From an uncultured Candidatus Saccharibacteria bacterium (GTDB taxonomy: Bacteria; Patescibacteriota; Saccharimonadia; Saccharimonadales; JAGQNJ01): DNA of 64,000 bases. The stretch is from the NCBI GenBank assembly GCA_964577565.1, contig CAZNZL010000002.1:88650-152649 (forward strand), read 5' to 3'. Each line of letters begins with the position of its first letter. The first letter of the stretch is position 1. The notes under the pieces were generated by a model. It had not been told where the DNA came from and did no database searches. It worked only from the letters and a program-made list of their open reading frames with translations. Shown piece after piece: positions 9,739 through 20,081 of this stretch. The translations under genes were made by a program, and so were the position numbers.

Positions 9739-11660
9739 GCAGGCTCCCAGAATTCCAACTGGAACTCTTTTTTAATATCGACATGAAAGTGATCGGCGTG
9801 TCCAGATATGCACTTAACCTGTCCTTCAAGTCCCTTAGTTCGTGCATAGGACAATATTTGTTGGAGTGAATCATCACCCCGAGGAGGGCACCACCAAATA
9901 TTTCGAAGAACACCCGTGTCTGCAAATAACTTACCTAATGTAATAGTTGCGTTTTTGTCGTATGTTCCCTTCCATGATTTTGTATGACTTGCAACCTGAA
10001 GTTCACCTTCTCCACTTAGATCCACTGCGATCCCAATGTTATGTGATTTATGGCCACTCGCATTTAAATCACCAATTCGGAGCTTGGATTTGCCCTGCAT
10101 CGCATTGTTGAATGCCAGTGCGACACTATAAAGTACACAAACTAGCTGTTGACTTCCGTAGCGCTGACTTTGAGAGGAGTAAATAGTATATTCCCCAGCC
10201 GGAGCATCGGGTAACTTGAAGTACCCCTTACGCTGAGTATGTGGTTCAAGTACGGCTGGGCAGGTTATACCGGGAAGACTGGCTGAAGTATGGCACCCGG
10301 GCGTTCCGGTATTGCTTGGAGCAGAACCACCAAACTCAGCAAGAATAGATGTTGAGAATGGTAAGCGAATACCCATGTGTGGTATACAGGCTGATTCACT
10401 ACTACACGGTGACTCAAATCTTGCTAGAAAAATATACGTTGCCTCTTCAACGGTTGTGGCAGCTCGTAGTGCTGATAACACTCCCGGGCGAACATCTTCT
10501 TCCAGCTCTTTTTTTAAAAACTCTAGTTGTAACTCGAGTGAGTTAACGGGTTGGCGCCTTTCCCTTGCAAAATTTAATAAATTTGTTTGGCGGCCACCGA
10601 GCCATTGTGCCAGCCCCCAAGCTCTACCATGCGGGTATTCAGATGTAGTTCCCGGGTATGCTGCTATTGGGTTAAAGCCAGATTCAGACTGTAGGTTACC
10701 CATTATTCCGGCAGCCTGCGGTGCAGTAAAGCCCATTGTGCCCACCAAGAAATTCCATACCTTTTCTCGGTTGTCGTTTCCGGGCAGTAAACTAGCTGAA
10801 CCTCCCGGCGCACAACTACAGTTGCCTCCTGTGGTAGCACTTGAATTTTGATTCACTGCTGAAGCACTTCCCAGAGCAACTGAATTAACTACAAGGTCGG
10901 TTAAACTGGCAATGCCTTCCTGTGTAGGATGCAAGCCATCTCGAAGATTGCCGTTTGGATCATTCGTTGGACTTACGGTTGGATCACCTCCCGGAGAGAC
11001 TAATTTAAACCAATCTATAATTGAATATCTACTTGAGCTGGACAAATCACCTAACCGTTGATTAAATTCCCCTAAATAAGCTAAGTTATTAGGCCATGCT
11101 GCGGTTCCTACAGTATTAACCCACCAGACTTCAATTGTTGGGTTTTTTTGACGAATAGCGGCGATAACTTGTTCTATCGGATTATTATTGAGGCCTCCAT
11201 TCGAACCCAGTGCAACAACTATTCCCTGTGCATTTTGAATTTTTGAAGCGTCTGCATCGACTGCTTCTCTGGCTGGCGCGAGACTGCCTTCTGCCGTAGG
11301 AGCTCCAATGCCTCCACCGGTCCAAGACCTTCCAGCTGCTGCATTAATGGTGGCAGTCATCCCTTTTTCAGAAAACTTACGTTTATACTCGGCTTCAGCA
11401 GCAACGGTAATTGAATCCCCCAACACGTAGACATTAGTAATGGCTTGCGCTGAAGATTGCGGACCGCAAGAATCTGCATAATCAAAGAATCGGCTGCCAC
11501 CGTCAATTATCGATTTTTGTTCTGGTGAAAGAGCCACAACAGTTTGAAGCGTAGATGCCAAGACAAAAATAAATGCTGCACAAAATGATCCTAAATGTAG
11601 TCTGCTAACAGTTGAGCTAAACATTGCTAATATTTTATATAATCGTTTCTTACGTGACAT
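9735..11660 (-). CDS. Multi-domain secreted peptidoglycan hydrolase (SGNH/GDSL-like + phage-tail-lysozyme-like + M15 zinc peptidase-like)
   Basis: Signal/anchor at the N-terminus. VYVLGDSITV fits an SGNH block I. GIMGNLQSESGFNP...GLAQW resembles the phage tail lysozyme family. C-terminal SGHKSHNIGIAVDL...GHADHFHVDIK resembles the H-x6-D...H zinc site of VanY/M15 peptidases. Confidence 0.6.
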   Translation of the reverse strand: MSRKKRLYKILAMFSSTVSRLHLGSFCAAFIFVLASTLQTVVALSPEQKSIIDGGSRFFDYADSCGPQSSAQAITNVYVLGDSITVAAEAEYKRKFSEKGMTATINAAAGRSWTGGGIGAPTAEGSLAPAREAVDADASKIQNAQGIVVALGSNGGLNNNPIEQVIAAIRQKNPTIEVWWVNTVGTAAWPNNLAYLGEFNQRLGDLSSSSRYSIIDWFKLVSPGGDPTVSPTNDPNGNLRDGLHPTQEGIASLTDLVVNSVALGSASAVNQNSSATTGGNCSCAPGGSASLLPGNDNREKVWNFLVGTMGFTAPQAAGIMGNLQSESGFNPIAAYPGTTSEYPHGRAWGLAQWLGGRQTNLLNFARERRQPVNSLELQLEFLKKELEEDVRPGVLSALRAATTVEEATYIFLARFESPCSSESACIPHMGIRLPFSTSILAEFGGSAPSNTGTPGCHTSASLPGITCPAVLEPHTQRKGYFKLPDAPAGEYTIYSSQSQRYGSQQLVCVLYSVALAFNNAMQGKSKLRIGDLNASGHKSHNIGIAVDLSGEGELQVASHTKSWKGTYDKNATITLGKLFADTGVLRNIWWCPPRGDDSLQQILSYARTKGLEGQVKCISGHADHFHVDIKKEFQLEFWEPA

Positions 11661-11662
11661 AC

Positions 11663-14452
11663 TTATTTTCTCACCTCTGTCATTACAGCATTAAAGTAGG
11701 CGTCATCAATATCGATCTTGCTTCCGCCGCACTTATTATATGCCTTGTGTGGGTGAATGCCGGATATATTACCGCACACTATGCTGTCTGAAGAAATAGC
11801 CTCAGTGCTTATATTATATTTTTGAACAAGATACTTCACGAGTTGCACTACGGCATCGAACTTTTTTCTATTAGTTGTTGGTCCGGTGGCTCCAAAATCT
11901 TCTGGCAGACCTTCAATTTCAATACCAAATGTCGTTGAGTTGGCCCCGGATGCATGGTTAACCTTATCGTCTTCGTTTGGGGTTAGCTGGTAAATATTGC
12001 CGTCGGCAGTAATGCCAAATTGAACTCCCAAGTTTCTCTCGCGCAGCGTCTCGGCCAAGCTATCAATGCCTTTACCATTAGAGCGTCCACCCCACCAATG
12101 CAAGGTAATACCTTGTGGTGTTATTTTTTCACCCGTTGTCGGCAGCGATGGTTGATATTTTTGAATCGAAGCATTTGAAGTGGTGGTTTGAGCGGGCGAA
12201 CCCTCTATGCCTATTTCGGCGCAAGCTTCTTCGTCAATACCTTCATAGCACGCCATTGCGGTGATGGCGGCTTTGTCGGCTAAATAGAACCGATAAGCCG
12301 TTAAGTCTGAATTGTTTCTGTCGGTGCACTTTTCTTTGTTATCTTCAAGCTTGATATAGCTCGGCGCTTGCGTGTATGTTAGCACCCCCGTGTCGGGGTC
12401 TATGGTAGCACCAAAACATGCCTCACCATAATCGCGGTTCATTCGTTCAAGTAGTTCGGGGTTGTTTTCGAACCGTTCGGCATTTTCGTAAGGGTTTTCG
12501 GCGCCGTTATCGAGCTCATCAAGCGTATAACCAAACTTATCTACCCCATAATCAAATGGCTCTGTGGTTGCGGCTGACACACCTGGAATAACTGACCCAA
12601 GGCTTTTTACTAAACTTGAAAAGGCTTTCAGGGGTGCCTTTGCAAACGATGCGAGGGTACGCTGGGTGTCTATAAACTCTGGATTTTTAATAATCGCGCT
12701 AGCTATCAGCGAGTTGGGTTCGTACGGGTCTACTATGCGGGCATACCAAGATTTATGCTTCATTTCTCGTTTTTCTTGCAGTTGCTGTTCACGCAGTAAC
12801 GCTCTGCGGTCACCGTCGCTTAATGCGGTGCAACCAAAGACTTGGCACTCGTTGTTTGCTGCCATAAATGCCCCCGAGTCACCCACGCTGCCAAGTGTGG
12901 CCCCTACTAAACCTGCTGCGTCCAATGCATCACCGGCCAACCATCGAACCACATCATCCATTACAGCTCCAAGAGCAACGTTTTGAGCCGCCTCAGAGCC
13001 AACAGAAACCAATAAGGATATAGGGCCAGATACTGAAAGTGCAATTCCCCCCACCGCCAATGCAATACCCCCAAGCGTAGAGTTTACTATTCCGCACAGA
13101 TGTGACACGCCCGGTGCATCTGTGATGGTGTCAATTGTTCTAAAAAAAGCTGGTTTTTCTTTGCCGGGTTTGGCAGATTCCGGAATTTTTTGCCCGGTAT
13201 TTTCGTTACCGAGCCCGTGCTGAATGCTTTCAGCATCAAAAACCGATGTTTTAGATTTTTCGTCATATAAATCTTCATATATGGCGCCAACCTCATCCAT
13301 GTTAACATCGTTACCAGATTGAATCTGAGAAGCCACAGAAATAATATCCATCGCTGTTCTTATAGAGGGTAGTTCAATATTTGATGCCTGTAATTCATGT
13401 GAAGCATCCCCTAATGCATCTAATCCACACAGCAGTCCTACTACTGCCGTGGCTCCTACACCCTTACCAAGGGCACCCCTCACTCTGCTAACTTTTTGTT
13501 CTGTGGTTAGGTTGGGGTCTCGCGCTGTGCGTTGAATTTCTTCGTTTCCTGCGTCAACTTCAGCTGCTTTAGCCCTGTCTTCATCTGAGGCTGGGTTTTC
13601 AGGGTCATCTTCTCGTGAGTTTGCTACCCTCGTTTCTGGGGTTGAACCATCTTGAATCTTTTTGGCGCGCTCGTCCTTTCGTTTTTTGATATACTCTCTC
13701 AAATCCTCATCAGCTGCTTTAGCAATATTTTTAAGTGGGTGGAAATCAACCCCACCACGAATTTTTAAGGTGCGACTTGCAATCGAAGTGCTTACGCCAT
13801 TGATATCGAGCGCATGAGTCATGGCTGAAATAGCGCCCCGGCGAGTTCGGGCCGATTCAGCACTTAAATCAAGGGTTGTAACGGTGCTGCCGTTCGGGGG
13901 GTCTGGAATATCAAAGCCGGAGGCTCGCATTTTTTCTAACGACTTCTTGCCTTCTGGGGTCGATATGTCAATGTCAATACCGCGAATTCGTGCAAAGCCG
14001 TCATGTCGTGCTGTCATACCACGTGCTGCGAGCTTTTTGTCGTAGTGATTGCCAAGTTTATTGCCTAAATAACTTAAGTTTCGACGGTGTGGTTCGTTTC
14101 GAGTGCGAGCCCACTTTATAAGTTTGCCAGTTCGAGTGTCGGAAAGTTCCTCGATATCACTAAAGTGTTTTTGGAACAAGCTGGCAATTTGTATGATCAT
14201 TGCCGGCCCTGACAAGAAGGAAGAAATCATCAAACTAATACCAATAATGATTCCTGCCGTACCGCTACCAATAAGAGCTTGCTTCTTTCTAAACTTAAAA
14301 CGGAGCTTGTCTTTTTTTGACAAGTTAGTATCCCACGGGCTGTTGCTTGAATCGCTAGAAGGATTATTACTCTCAAGAGCTGCCGCCTCTTTTTGTTCGG
14401 CTGATGTTGGAGTCGGTGTGGCTTTTTTGTCTTCTTTGTCGTAAACGGGCAC
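11663..14452 (-). CDS. Large membrane-anchored protein (929 aa) with a C-terminal N-acetylmuramoyl-L-alanine amidase (Amidase_2/PGRP)-like domain
   Basis: N-terminal TM segment (ALIGSGTAGIIIGISLMISSFLSGPAMIIQIASLF) followed by a long variable region. The C-terminus ITLHWWGG...HASGANSTTFGIEIEG...GIHPHKAYNKCGG resembles amidase_2. Confidence 0.5.
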   Translation of the reverse strand: MPVYDKEDKKATPTPTSAEQKEAAALESNNPSSDSSNSPWDTNLSKKDKLRFKFRKKQALIGSGTAGIIIGISLMISSFLSGPAMIIQIASLFQKHFSDIEELSDTRTGKLIKWARTRNEPHRRNLSYLGNKLGNHYDKKLAARGMTARHDGFARIRGIDIDISTPEGKKSLEKMRASGFDIPDPPNGSTVTTLDLSAESARTRRGAISAMTHALDINGVSTSIASRTLKIRGGVDFHPLKNIAKAADEDLREYIKKRKDERAKKIQDGSTPETRVANSREDDPENPASDEDRAKAAEVDAGNEEIQRTARDPNLTTEQKVSRVRGALGKGVGATAVVGLLCGLDALGDASHELQASNIELPSIRTAMDIISVASQIQSGNDVNMDEVGAIYEDLYDEKSKTSVFDAESIQHGLGNENTGQKIPESAKPGKEKPAFFRTIDTITDAPGVSHLCGIVNSTLGGIALAVGGIALSVSGPISLLVSVGSEAAQNVALGAVMDDVVRWLAGDALDAAGLVGATLGSVGDSGAFMAANNECQVFGCTALSDGDRRALLREQQLQEKREMKHKSWYARIVDPYEPNSLIASAIIKNPEFIDTQRTLASFAKAPLKAFSSLVKSLGSVIPGVSAATTEPFDYGVDKFGYTLDELDNGAENPYENAERFENNPELLERMNRDYGEACFGATIDPDTGVLTYTQAPSYIKLEDNKEKCTDRNNSDLTAYRFYLADKAAITAMACYEGIDEEACAEIGIEGSPAQTTTSNASIQKYQPSLPTTGEKITPQGITLHWWGGRSNGKGIDSLAETLRERNLGVQFGITADGNIYQLTPNEDDKVNHASGANSTTFGIEIEGLPEDFGATGPTTNRKKFDAVVQLVKYLVQKYNISTEAISSDSIVCGNISGIHPHKAYNKCGGSKIDIDDAYFNAVMTEVRK

Positions 14453-14472
14453 GGTCTAGGCTGCTCCTTAAT

Positions 14473-16422
14473 TTACATTGCCGGTGGTTGGTATGGCGTA
14501 TCTTGATTATCGGGACCTAGCTCAATACTGCCTTGTGGCTGGTCAAAGGTGCCCTGTTGCAAGGCTGCCTGGTCTTCGAGCTGTTGGACTTGTTGCGGGT
14601 TGGTGGTAATAAGACCTGTTTCGGTCGGGCTGGCAATTATTTGAATGTGAACGTGGTTTTGGCCAGCAAAGAATAAGCCTTGCCCTACCGGGAACTGGCT
14701 CAGGCGTTTCTTTTCTTCGCTGGTGAGCTTAAAGACATCGGCCAAAATATCGACTGCCGACGGTGACTGTTTTAATAATATTTGTAGCGACGCATTTGCC
14801 ACAATTGCTCTACCCATGCGCGAGCCAATAAAATCTTCAACGTCTTGAGAAATGGTCGTGATGCCAAGATTATATTTGCGGGCTCGTTTGGCCAGGCTAA
14901 ACATAAAGTTGGCCGAATCTTCATACTTCATTAATTGCCAGGCTTCGTCGACGATCATGATGCGGCGTTTCTTGTCGGCTTTGGCGCGGTTCCAGATGTA
15001 ATTTAAGACAATATACATCGCGACTGGGCGAAGCTCGTCTTCAAGATCACGAATATTAAACACGACCAACTGGTTATTAATATCTATGTTTGATTGTTGA
15101 GAAAAAATGCCGGCAAATGTTCCGGTTGTATATTTACGAAGCCGCTGTGCTAACTGCGGGCCGGTATTGCCCATATGAAGCAAGGTGTCATAAAGGTCAT
15201 TAATAGTTGGCGGCGGCGAATTATGAGTTAGCGGATCATTGGTAATACCAGCTTTGGCGTATGTTTCAATCAGTGCAGCATCAAGGTCGGCTTCTTCAAC
15301 GGGACTTAAGGCTGGTGCCACCGTTGCATTGCCGCCAGATTGTATTTGTGCTTGGGCACCACCCATCATCAAGCGCAACAAGCCATGTAGGGTTATAAGG
15401 TTACTGCGAAGTGCGTTGTCGGCTTCATCGGCATCTAGCACGCGGGGCAGATCAAAGGGGTTGATGCGCGTTGAAGAGTTAAGACTCAGGCGAACATACG
15501 CACCACCAACCGCCTCACTCATGCGTTGGTATTCGTTTTCAGGGTCAATAATTATCACTTCGGTGCCAAACATCATGCTGCGCAAAGCTTCAAGCTTAAC
15601 TGCAAACGACTTACCTGCACCTGACTTGGCAAAAACAACCGAGTTGCCATTTTCTAGGCTAAAGCGGTCAAATATAACCAGCCCCGAGTTATGCATATTG
15701 ACGCCATATAAAATGCCGTTGTCTTGCGTAAGATCGGCGCTGGTGAATGGAAAACTCGTACTCAACGCGCCCGTGCTCATATTCCGTCGTATCTGTAACT
15801 GGTCAGTCAACTGCGGTATTGTGCTGTTTAGCCCTTGTTCTTGTTGAGACGTTGCAGGTTTTGAGTATACTAATTGCTGGCCAAGAAGTGACTCAATTTT
15901 ATGAGTGACAAATTCGAGCTCGTCCATGCTATTGGCATATACGGTAAAGTAAAAGCCAAGCCGGAAGAAGCGCTCCTCGCCCACCTGAAGCTTGTCGCGA
16001 ATTTCTTCAGCATCCATAATGGCAGCTTGCGTACCGGGGTCACGTACCCGGCCTTTTTCAGCATTAATCTGGATGTCAGCCTCTAACTGGCTCACCTTTT
16101 TGCGTAGGTTCTCAAGCACCACCTGGCTTTCAACCGGGTAGATGTACATAGAAATATCCATAATCTCATCAATATTTATAAGACTACTAAGCCAACCAGT
16201 ATATAACTGCCTGGGGTAACCAAAAACGTAAAACGTTCTAGCAAGCCTGGTACCAATCTGAAAGTACGAGGCACTAAACTCTAGTGAGCTTGGTGCAATA
16301 AAATCGCGCAGCGCCGTAACACCCTTCTGAAATGCGGCACTGACTTCTTGAACTTCGCGGGCTGCCTGAGCTTGAGCTAAGGCAACGGGGTCTACTTTTG
16401 GTTTCTTTTTACCAAAAGCCAT
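14473..16422 (-). CDS. virB4: Type IV secretion ATPase VirB4/TrbE/TraE family
   Basis: Walker A VVFAKSGAGKSF, Walker B RIMIVDEAWQLM, 649 aa. Matches the VirB4/CagE C-terminal ATPase architecture. Confidence 0.85.
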   Translation of the reverse strand: MAFGKKKPKVDPVALAQAQAAREVQEVSAAFQKGVTALRDFIAPSSLEFSASYFQIGTRLARTFYVFGYPRQLYTGWLSSLINIDEIMDISMYIYPVESQVVLENLRKKVSQLEADIQINAEKGRVRDPGTQAAIMDAEEIRDKLQVGEERFFRLGFYFTVYANSMDELEFVTHKIESLLGQQLVYSKPATSQQEQGLNSTIPQLTDQLQIRRNMSTGALSTSFPFTSADLTQDNGILYGVNMHNSGLVIFDRFSLENGNSVVFAKSGAGKSFAVKLEALRSMMFGTEVIIIDPENEYQRMSEAVGGAYVRLSLNSSTRINPFDLPRVLDADEADNALRSNLITLHGLLRLMMGGAQAQIQSGGNATVAPALSPVEEADLDAALIETYAKAGITNDPLTHNSPPPTINDLYDTLLHMGNTGPQLAQRLRKYTTGTFAGIFSQQSNIDINNQLVVFNIRDLEDELRPVAMYIVLNYIWNRAKADKKRRIMIVDEAWQLMKYEDSANFMFSLAKRARKYNLGITTISQDVEDFIGSRMGRAIVANASLQILLKQSPSAVDILADVFKLTSEEKKRLSQFPVGQGLFFAGQNHVHIQIIASPTETGLITTNPQQVQQLEDQAALQQGTFDQPQGSIELGPDNQDTPYQPPAM

Positions 16423-17294
16423 TACAGCAGCTCCTTGTCCAGGTTGGGTTGGGGGGCTTCACCCTGGCCTTTGGTAATAACAGGAGCGGTCAAATCATCA
16501 AAATTCTTAAGCTGTTGCCTGGAGGAGGTGTCGGGGTTATAAGAGTCGTAATAGAGCTCGATTAACTCTTGCGTATCAAGCGGTACGCCGTGCACGCCGC
16601 ACTGCAGCAAACTGGCCAAAACGTTTTGCACACGGTTTCGTAGCTCGGTTTTGGCAGCTTCAAGGTCTTGTTCATTAACAACCACATGCTGCTCTTGTTT
16701 ACTAAATAGGCTGGTAAGGCCAGAAAAGAAGTTTTTACTTTGCGTAATAGCTTTCTGAACATCTGCCTTTGGAAAGAACGGTATCACCATATAGAATCGT
16801 TTATCCATAATATTCGTTTGCATTGACAAGTTGGTTATAAAGCCAAGGTAATCTTCCATGAGCATAGCTAGCAGCATATTATCGTGTTCGCTACGAATTT
16901 TATCGAGCCGTTCTATATACGGCCGAATATCAACACGCTCTGAACGCACAAAAATCTGTACCGGAAAGTACAGCGAGTTCAAAAAGCTTTGATAACCAGC
17001 TTCAACTGCTTCACGCTCTTGGGGGCTCATAAGGTCAAAGTTAATAGATTTTAGCATAATAACTGAGCGAAATGACCCGTCATTCATAATGACCACACCG
17101 TCTCTAATTTCGGCAAACTGTAAGGTATTTTGGGTGCTATTAGGGTTAGAGGGCGGAGCTTGCGGGAATGGTTGTTGACCAACAGCTTGGCCAGCCGGCG
17201 GTTGACTTCCCGACGGATAGCTTTGTTGTGGCGGAATAGGCTGGTTTTGGGCCGCCTGATTTGGTGTGTAGGGTTGATTTTGATCCGGATTCAT
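16422..17294 (-). CDS. P/Q-rich protein, possibly the detached N-terminal domain of VirB4
   Basis: Its stop overlaps the virB4 start (TAATG). A low-complexity P/Q-rich N-terminus is followed by a conserved-looking globular part (VIMNDGSFRSVIMLKSINFDLMSPQEREAVEAGYQSFLNSLYFPVQIFVRS). Confidence 0.4.
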   Translation of the reverse strand: MNPDQNQPYTPNQAAQNQPIPPQQSYPSGSQPPAGQAVGQQPFPQAPPSNPNSTQNTLQFAEIRDGVVIMNDGSFRSVIMLKSINFDLMSPQEREAVEAGYQSFLNSLYFPVQIFVRSERVDIRPYIERLDKIRSEHDNMLLAMLMEDYLGFITNLSMQTNIMDKRFYMVIPFFPKADVQKAITQSKNFFSGLTSLFSKQEQHVVVNEQDLEAAKTELRNRVQNVLASLLQCGVHGVPLDTQELIELYYDSYNPDTSSRQQLKNFDDLTAPVITKGQGEAPQPNLDKELL

Positions 17295-17328
17295 TAAGTA
17301 TGTTGCCCACCATGACCTTACCGTTCGT

Positions 17329-18285
17329 TTAGTGTAGGCTTATAACCACTTCGTCGTCAGCGCCCTGGTCTTTTATACGCTTGGCCTGACCGGCGATAGT
17401 TTGAACAGAAAGATCATCACTGTTTTTGACAATATTTAGTATAGCAGGGTCGCGAGGAGGTGTCACGGCCTGAGTACTCTGTTTTGCTTCCTTTTGCACG
17501 GGGTTGCTTCCAGGCGGATTGATGGTTTTCATATTGCTGTATTCATTGTGCTGGCGAGGCTCGGCACCCGAGGCTTGATCATCAGCTATAACTGGCGGTA
17601 GGGTGGGTCTTGCGGCTTGTGCTTTTTGTTGTTCTTCTTTGGACTTCTCGATACTGCGCTTAACCGCATCCTTATATTTAACCGAGGCCTTACCAATTAA
17701 GTCGTCCATAGACTTAGCCCGTGGGTTAGCGGCGGGGTCTAGCATATCGGCTGCTGGTTCTGCTGCTACAACAGACCCGCTGAGAGCCGCTATATCTACA
17801 AGCCTATCAGAGCTGCTGGTTTGAGCACCAGGGTACATGTTTGTTGCGTTTTTTATGGCCCACCCACGAGTATCAAGCGTCGTGGCCAGGGTTTTAAGAC
17901 GGCTTTTAACCTCGTCTTGAGAATAGCCTTTGGTCAGCTGCTTTTCTTGCTTTTTGGGAGCGGTAATTGTGACCAACTGCTTAATACCGGTCTGGTCCCA
18001 TATGCGTCGGCGCGGCTTTAAAAAGAAGCGTATTTTTGCCAGTAGCCAGATTTCAGTTGACTGGGCACCGCCTAGCGGAGCCGATAGCAAGCCAAAAAAC
18101 AACGCCGGTGGCACAAATATGAAGCCTATTGGCCAAAAAGAGGTTAAAAATAATCTAACCGCCAAAAAGCCGCTTACAATGGTTATAACTGCGTATATAA
18201 ACTGGCGTAAACTCAGCCAGCCAATGAGCTTATCTTCTGCTTCAATATCTTGGATTACTTTATACTGCGCCATAAGTTTGTGCAT
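17329..18285 (-). CDS. Membrane protein with two N-terminal TM helices, T4SS-associated (VirB3-like topology?)
   Basis: Two N-terminal TM helices (FIYAVITIVSGFLAVRLFLTSFWPIGFIFVPPALFFGLL) followed by a hydrophilic domain. Located between the VirB6-like and VirB4 genes. Confidence 0.4.
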   Translation of the reverse strand: MHKLMAQYKVIQDIEAEDKLIGWLSLRQFIYAVITIVSGFLAVRLFLTSFWPIGFIFVPPALFFGLLSAPLGGAQSTEIWLLAKIRFFLKPRRRIWDQTGIKQLVTITAPKKQEKQLTKGYSQDEVKSRLKTLATTLDTRGWAIKNATNMYPGAQTSSSDRLVDIAALSGSVVAAEPAADMLDPAANPRAKSMDDLIGKASVKYKDAVKRSIEKSKEEQQKAQAARPTLPPVIADDQASGAEPRQHNEYSNMKTINPPGSNPVQKEAKQSTQAVTPPRDPAILNIVKNSDDLSVQTIAGQAKRIKDQGADDEVVISLH

Positions 18286-20081
18286 TACGCTCCATCAGGT
18301 GGCTGAACAGTTTCACCCGCAGCATTTGGTCCAATAATACTTGGGTTGTCGCGAGCACTCGCATATTCGCGTACACGATTATGGAAATCGGGGTGTTCTT
18401 GAGGGTTGATTCGTGCCTCGTCTAGAAGTTGGCGAACATTTAATTCCACAGATTGGGTAATGGTATTGCCAGCAGCGTCTTTAGCAGGTTCGCCGTCAGC
18501 GCCTCTTACGGGTACTGTCCTGGTTTCACCAGTACTCATTGCAAATACATTATTTGCGAACTCCTCAGCCTTTTTAGGTGAAACACTAGATAACATACTA
18601 TGTAAGTTTCCTACATCCGCCAATGCCTTATCAATAGCTCTCTGGTCTCCAGTCTCTAACGCATCGCTTAGTAATTTTTGAGACTGCGCAGCAAAAGTTT
18701 CAACAGTCCTCTGGTGGCTACCAAGTACTTCCCGCGGATCTGCCCCAGCAAACGCTCCCTCTATCTGGTCGCCAGCAGAAATTTTCTTTTGAACGAAATC
18801 AACAGTTGAACCGTATGAATTGGAGCTAAACTCTGCACGACCCTTGTTCGCCTTCATCCATCCAGCTGCATCATAGGCTGTAATCAAGCCGGCGTTAACC
18901 ATTTGGTTAAGCTCTTCTTGCATTTGTGCTAAGCCTTCCTCCCCAGCTTCATAGGCGGTATTGGTATGGGCAACCCGGAACTTCTGTGCTGCAACGGCCA
19001 TACCTGTTGTGCCAACTCGTGCCCCTACGGCAGATTCTGCTCTAGCAAGCGCCATTTCTGCCTCTTGTTGGGTGTGCCCCATTGCTTGATATTGTCTGAC
19101 GAATTCTCTTCTGGTCATTGAGGTATCACGTAATAGTTTCGACGCGTCATCGTCGTTAAAGGCACGTGCCCCACCCTTCTCTAATTTTTCAGCAGCGGCA
19201 CGTTCCAAAACCGCTTGTTCTTGATCTTTCCACCTGTTTCTTCCCCTACTAGACAAGCTCCAACTTCCATTTGCGCCCAAAGAGGCGGCCCTTCTATAAA
19301 GACTACCCGTTCGGCCGCTACCAAGGCGTGTACTCGCGTTCATTCTGTTTTCATGAAGTTGCTTGGCTCGTTCTTGGCGCGCATTGCGCAAGCGGTCAAA
19401 CATACCACGGCTGCGGTTGTTGGCAATACCGGCAATGTTCGCAAAAGCGCTACCTGCAACCTGGAAGGTCTTAGGTATCAAAAAGTATGGCCCATAGAAA
19501 GCTAGTAATATAATCCCTACCTTAAATGCACCATTGCCATAGACATCTGGGGATGCAGCAATTCTAGCGGCAACCCGGCCACCTGCGACAATAAGCAATA
19601 TTAAAGGATACATGAGCAGTACTTTGCTGAAGCTCTCCCACCAAATCTTCCATAGCTTGTCAGTACCGGGTAATATCCAAGCTACTAACGCAAGAGGAGC
19701 ACTTACAACCAATACAACAATTAATATTTGGCGTATAGCTAGCACAAAAAACGCAATGGCTAAGGCCAGCAAGATAGAAGCACCAAGCAGGAGTAAACCC
19801 ACCCCGCCCCCGAGCGCAAACGCCGTACCACCAACAACAGCCGTACCACCTACTAGACCCGTAAGAGTAAGACCTACCGGTCCAACTGCTTCTTGTAGAA
19901 TCTTAGTTATTTCTAGCTCGTCACGACCACCAAACGGTGCGTACAGTAAACCCTCCAAGCCCCAAGCTACATTGCTTACCACAACTATTAAAAGCGTGAA
20001 AAGCGGCCATGATAGCTGAATAAGAATAACGGCGATTAACAGGCGCGGTAATACTTTTTTAACCGTATAGGCATCAAACAT
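18285..20081 (-). CDS. Polytopic membrane protein, VirB6/TrbL-like
   Basis: At least five TM helices in the N-terminal half, then a long hydrophilic C-terminal extension. This is the topology and operon position typical of VirB6/TrbL. Confidence 0.55.
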   Translation of the reverse strand: MFDAYTVKKVLPRLLIAVILIQLSWPLFTLLIVVVSNVAWGLEGLLYAPFGGRDELEITKILQEAVGPVGLTLTGLVGGTAVVGGTAFALGGGVGLLLLGASILLALAIAFFVLAIRQILIVVLVVSAPLALVAWILPGTDKLWKIWWESFSKVLLMYPLILLIVAGGRVAARIAASPDVYGNGAFKVGIILLAFYGPYFLIPKTFQVAGSAFANIAGIANNRSRGMFDRLRNARQERAKQLHENRMNASTRLGSGRTGSLYRRAASLGANGSWSLSSRGRNRWKDQEQAVLERAAAEKLEKGGARAFNDDDASKLLRDTSMTRREFVRQYQAMGHTQQEAEMALARAESAVGARVGTTGMAVAAQKFRVAHTNTAYEAGEEGLAQMQEELNQMVNAGLITAYDAAGWMKANKGRAEFSSNSYGSTVDFVQKKISAGDQIEGAFAGADPREVLGSHQRTVETFAAQSQKLLSDALETGDQRAIDKALADVGNLHSMLSSVSPKKAEEFANNVFAMSTGETRTVPVRGADGEPAKDAAGNTITQSVELNVRQLLDEARINPQEHPDFHNRVREYASARDNPSIIGPNAAGETVQPPDGA

